DNA of 64,000 nt from Eledone cirrhosa (Eukaryota): the NCBI GenBank assembly GCA_964016885.1, contig OZ024740.1, positions 404,302,001-404,366,000 of the forward strand, in the 5' to 3' direction. A program made the position numbers and the translations under genes. Positions 60,523-64,000 of the stretch are shown piece by piece. The notes below the pieces were generated by a model that did no database searches, was not told the DNA's origin, and saw only the letters and a program-made list of their open reading frames with translations. Numbering within the stretch: position 1 is the first letter of the stretch; each line of letters starts with the position of its first letter.

Positions 60523-61087
60523 ACTAAATGTGGTTGGTGTTAGGAAGGGCATCCAACTGTAGAAAACCCGCCAGACAGTCCTATGCGAGCAAGACAACCA
60601 CTCTTGCCTCAAGTGGGAAAACTCCCGTCCAAACCCATGCAAGCATGGAGCACGGACGTTAAACGATGATGATGATATATATATATATATATATATGGTG
60701 CAATCTGGAGCAATAAGTAGCAGCAAGTGCCAACAGAATACTAACTCATTCCATTGCACAGATGGTTCTATAGAAATAGTCGACAGCTTCCGTTACCTGG
60801 GTGATAAAATCAGCAGTGGGGGAGGGTGCTCTGAAAGTACAGTAGCTAGAGTCAGAACGGGATGGAAAAAGTTCAGAGAGCTTATACCACTATTGGCCGC
60901 TAAAGGGTTCTCTCTAAAAATGAAAGGCAGGCTGTATGATGCCTACATACGAACAGCAATGTTACATGGCAGTGAGACCTGGGCATTGTGTGCAGAGGAT
61001 ATATGCAGACTGGAGAGAAACGAAGCTTGCATGCTCCGCTGGATGTGTAATAGTAATATACGTGAACGACAAAGCATAAACGAACTC
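60523..61087 (+). mobile_element. RTE fragments: 3' UTR (60523-60675) and ORF C-terminal piece (60697-61087)
   Basis: Same family as the two long RTEs ([22 protein letters not shown]); ends abruptly at the Tx1 element. Confidence 0.85.
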
Positions 61088-64000
61088 CAACGCGGAAGAT
61101 GACCCTCGTTCGTCGTCAGACGAGGAGCACTTCCACACAATCAAAAGAAAAAAAAGAAAACACACCTCAGACACACAAATGAAAACAACTCCTCCCCAAA
61201 ACATAACACTGACACCAACACAAAAGAGCTCACAACAACAGCAAACAAAAAACACCACACAAAAACAAAAACATGCATACACATACATAAACACAAGAAA
61301 TAAAAAACTGCTAAACATTGTGTACAACAACAATTTAGTAAAAACCCAAGGGCCTAACTTCACCCAGGCAGGGGATTTCCCCCACCTCAAAATGATTAAG
61401 GCCCCAGAGGACACATATAAAACACTAAAAGACAACTTTAAAGAGGACATGCCCCCCCCCCCCCCCGCGCCAGGTCCATTAACCGCGTCCTCCTAAAAAA
61501 CTCCCCCCCCCTCCCCAAATAACCACACAACTCCAAACACCCCAACCACACAACACACTGATGTCCCTACACTTCCACAAACCACCACCCGACTCAACAA
61601 CCCATCCCCACCCTCATGGAAATTGTGCAGCCCGATACCCAGGACGTAGAGAGGTAAGTGCCTTTTCTCTTCACCACCAACATGGCTATGCTAAGAGAAG
61701 GCTGTCTAAATCCGCGTGGCCTGGGCACAACTTGGAAGCAAGCAATGCTTCTAAATGACCTCAGGTCACAACGTATAGATGTGATAGTTATTTGCGAGGC
61801 CCGGATCAGCAACGTGCGACAGCTGGCCTCCACCTTTGATGACTTTGAGATGCACGCATCTCTCTGTCAGCCCGGAGGTGGGGGTGGGGTTGTAGTTCTG
61901 GATCTCGCAACACAGACAGTACATTTGGACCCGGAGGGTCGACTAGTGGTTCTGGACCTTGGCAGTGGTGAAGGCGGAGCGTTTAGGTTGGTAGCCGTCT
62001 ACGGCCCTTTCGGGTCAATGCGGCCGGACTTCTTCCATCGTCTGGAGACTTTTCTAGGGACGTCCCGCTCCTGGCTATTAGTGGGGGACTGGAATGGTAT
62101 CCTAGATGCACGTTGGGACTACGTAGGGGCCTGTCCCGATAGAGAGGAGTGTAATAGACTCAAAGGGTTAATCGGTCGATTTGACCTGGCCGATAGATAT
62201 CGACTAGATTTTCCGACTGCGCCAACCTGGACTTGGGCAAACCGCAGCGGATCATCTAGGTCGTACCTAGATAGGTTCTTAGTTAGAAATAAGGATAAGG
62301 ACTTTTTAAGTTCTCCAAAAATGCTCATGGTTGGCTATTCAGACCACAAGTTAGTGACCTGCATGGTCAACCTTGACAGAACGCATAGACAGGGACCCGG
62401 TTACTGGAAGCTCAACTTGTCCTTACCGGCAAGTAAGGCTTACAGGGACTGGATTAGCACTTTAGTTAAGGAGAGGTTGACAGGCGCCATCGTCAACAGC
62501 AGGTGGTGGGGATCTCTCAAAAGAGAGATTAGAGTAGTCTCTATAGAATTTAGTAAGGAGTTAGCCTCAAATAGAAATAGGAAGGAAAGGGAGTTGGTAG
62601 ATAGTGTAGAAGAGGCAATTAGAAGCGGCGACGTGGCCAGAGTGCTAGCGTCGAGAACGGCCCTGGGCCAGTTCTTCGACGCGAAACACGAAGGCTGCAT
62701 CGTCCGAAGCAAAATACGTGCTCTGAGAAACGAGGGGACCAAAGCTGTTAGCTGGACCCATGTGACAGAAGCCAAAAGAGGGAGTAGATCCACTATCCGG
62801 TCTCTGCAAGACCAGGATGGACGGGTGATCCTTGAGCCTAAGCAGATGTGCGAGGCTTTTCAAAAGCACTTTGCCAGATTGTTAGGAAGGGGCGGGGAGC
62901 CGGTTGGGGAAGTGGACTTCGGTCCATACCTCGACGGCCTGCCGCGTCTCTCGGACAGAGAGGCGAAGTCCTGCGAGGAGCCGATTTCAGCTGCTGAGAT
63001 AGAGGACGTGCTGAGCCAATGCGGCAAACGCAAATCCCCGGGTCTCGATGGTCTTCCATACGAACTATATCTAGCTATGCCGGACTTGTTCCCCGATCTC
63101 CTCGAGGCGGTCTACTGCAACTGGCAACAGAACGGCAGAATTCCCTGTGCTGTGACCAAGGGCGTAGTCACGCTAGTGAGGAAGGACGAGAACAAGGGGG
63201 ACGATATAAATAATTTCAGGCCCATAACTCTGCTAAATACAGAGTTAGAGATTTTGGCCAAGGTGCTAGCAAAGAGATTGGCGCTTGTCGTGGGAAACCT
63301 GGTGGGAGATGAGCATACATGTGCTATCCCGTCCAGGTCCATCCACGACAACCTCCACCTCATGCGATACATCATAAGAGAGGGTTGGGAACGAACCCGG
63401 CTTTGGTGGGGCCCTGATCAAATTGGATCAATCTAAGGCGTTCGATAGGGTCGACCATGGTTACCTGGATGCGGTACTAGCGGCGGCAGGCTTTGGATCC
63501 GTTTTCAGGGGCTGGATCAATGCCATGCACAGCAGCCGCATCTGCTCTAGGATCAAGGTGAACGGCTACATCTCGAAGCCGTTCGAAATCGCGCGGTCCA
63601 TCCGACAAGGGTGCCGTCTCTCCTCCCTTCTGTATGTAGTGACTCTAGAGCCACTGCTGCGGAAGTTGGAGTTGTTGCAGGGCATCCCGTTGGAACCGGG
63701 ATTGCGGAAAGCGGTGTCGGTCTACGCCGATGACGTAACAGTAATGGTGTCGACGGCCTCGGAAATCGGGGCGATCGGCACCTTACTTGAGGAGTACGAA
63801 AGGTTTACAGGGGCTAAGCAGAACCGGGACAAGTTGATCGGTCTGCAACTCGGTGAGTGGAGGAGCAGATCGATGCCCTCCGATGGCGTCGTCGGGCGCT
63901 GGACGGAGGGCCTGGTGAAGTTGCTCGGGGTCTGGTTCGGACCAGACATCCAGGTGGAGAAGAACTGGGGTGAGGTAATGAACAGAGTGTTTGAACTGAC
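61088..64000 (+). mobile_element. Tx1/L1-clade LINE: ORF1 remnant and ORF2 (APE and RT), frameshifted
   Basis: ORF 61658-63436: GDWN, SYLDRFL, SDH, GPGYWKLN, KSPGLDGLPYE, FRPITLLN; +1 shift near 63377, then [20 protein letters not shown] at 63723; runs off the window. Confidence 0.9.

Overview
AT-rich eukaryotic DNA that is mostly repeats. The repeat families (long punctuated (TA)n arrays, Deu/Nin-domain SINEs, TTAA MITEs, RTE LINEs with a PHD-like finger) suggest an octopus/cephalopod genome; this is inference. The only host gene I can support is the last two coding exons of an RNF25-like RING E3 ligase on the - strand (29026-28817 and 26591-25422). No further exon is visible to the right, so 29-64 kb is probably one large TE-filled intron. 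Mobile elements include four Penelope-like elements (PLEs; three with clear 5' inverted pseudo-LTRs), two near full-length RTE LINEs, CR1-like and Tx1/L1 LINEs, a deleted mariner, Helitrons, hAT/piggyBac/pogo-type MITEs and SINEs. The main signal missed by the ORF track is a dense set of type I hammerhead ribozyme (HHR) motifs, about 20 intact or decayed from roughly a dozen sequence families. They include a 466-bp tandem retrozyme-like unit with two perfect HHRs and several short TA-flanked palindromic mini-elements built from pLTR/HHR sequence, and many carry substitutions at core position U4. All folds were read by eye; no folding program or database search was run.
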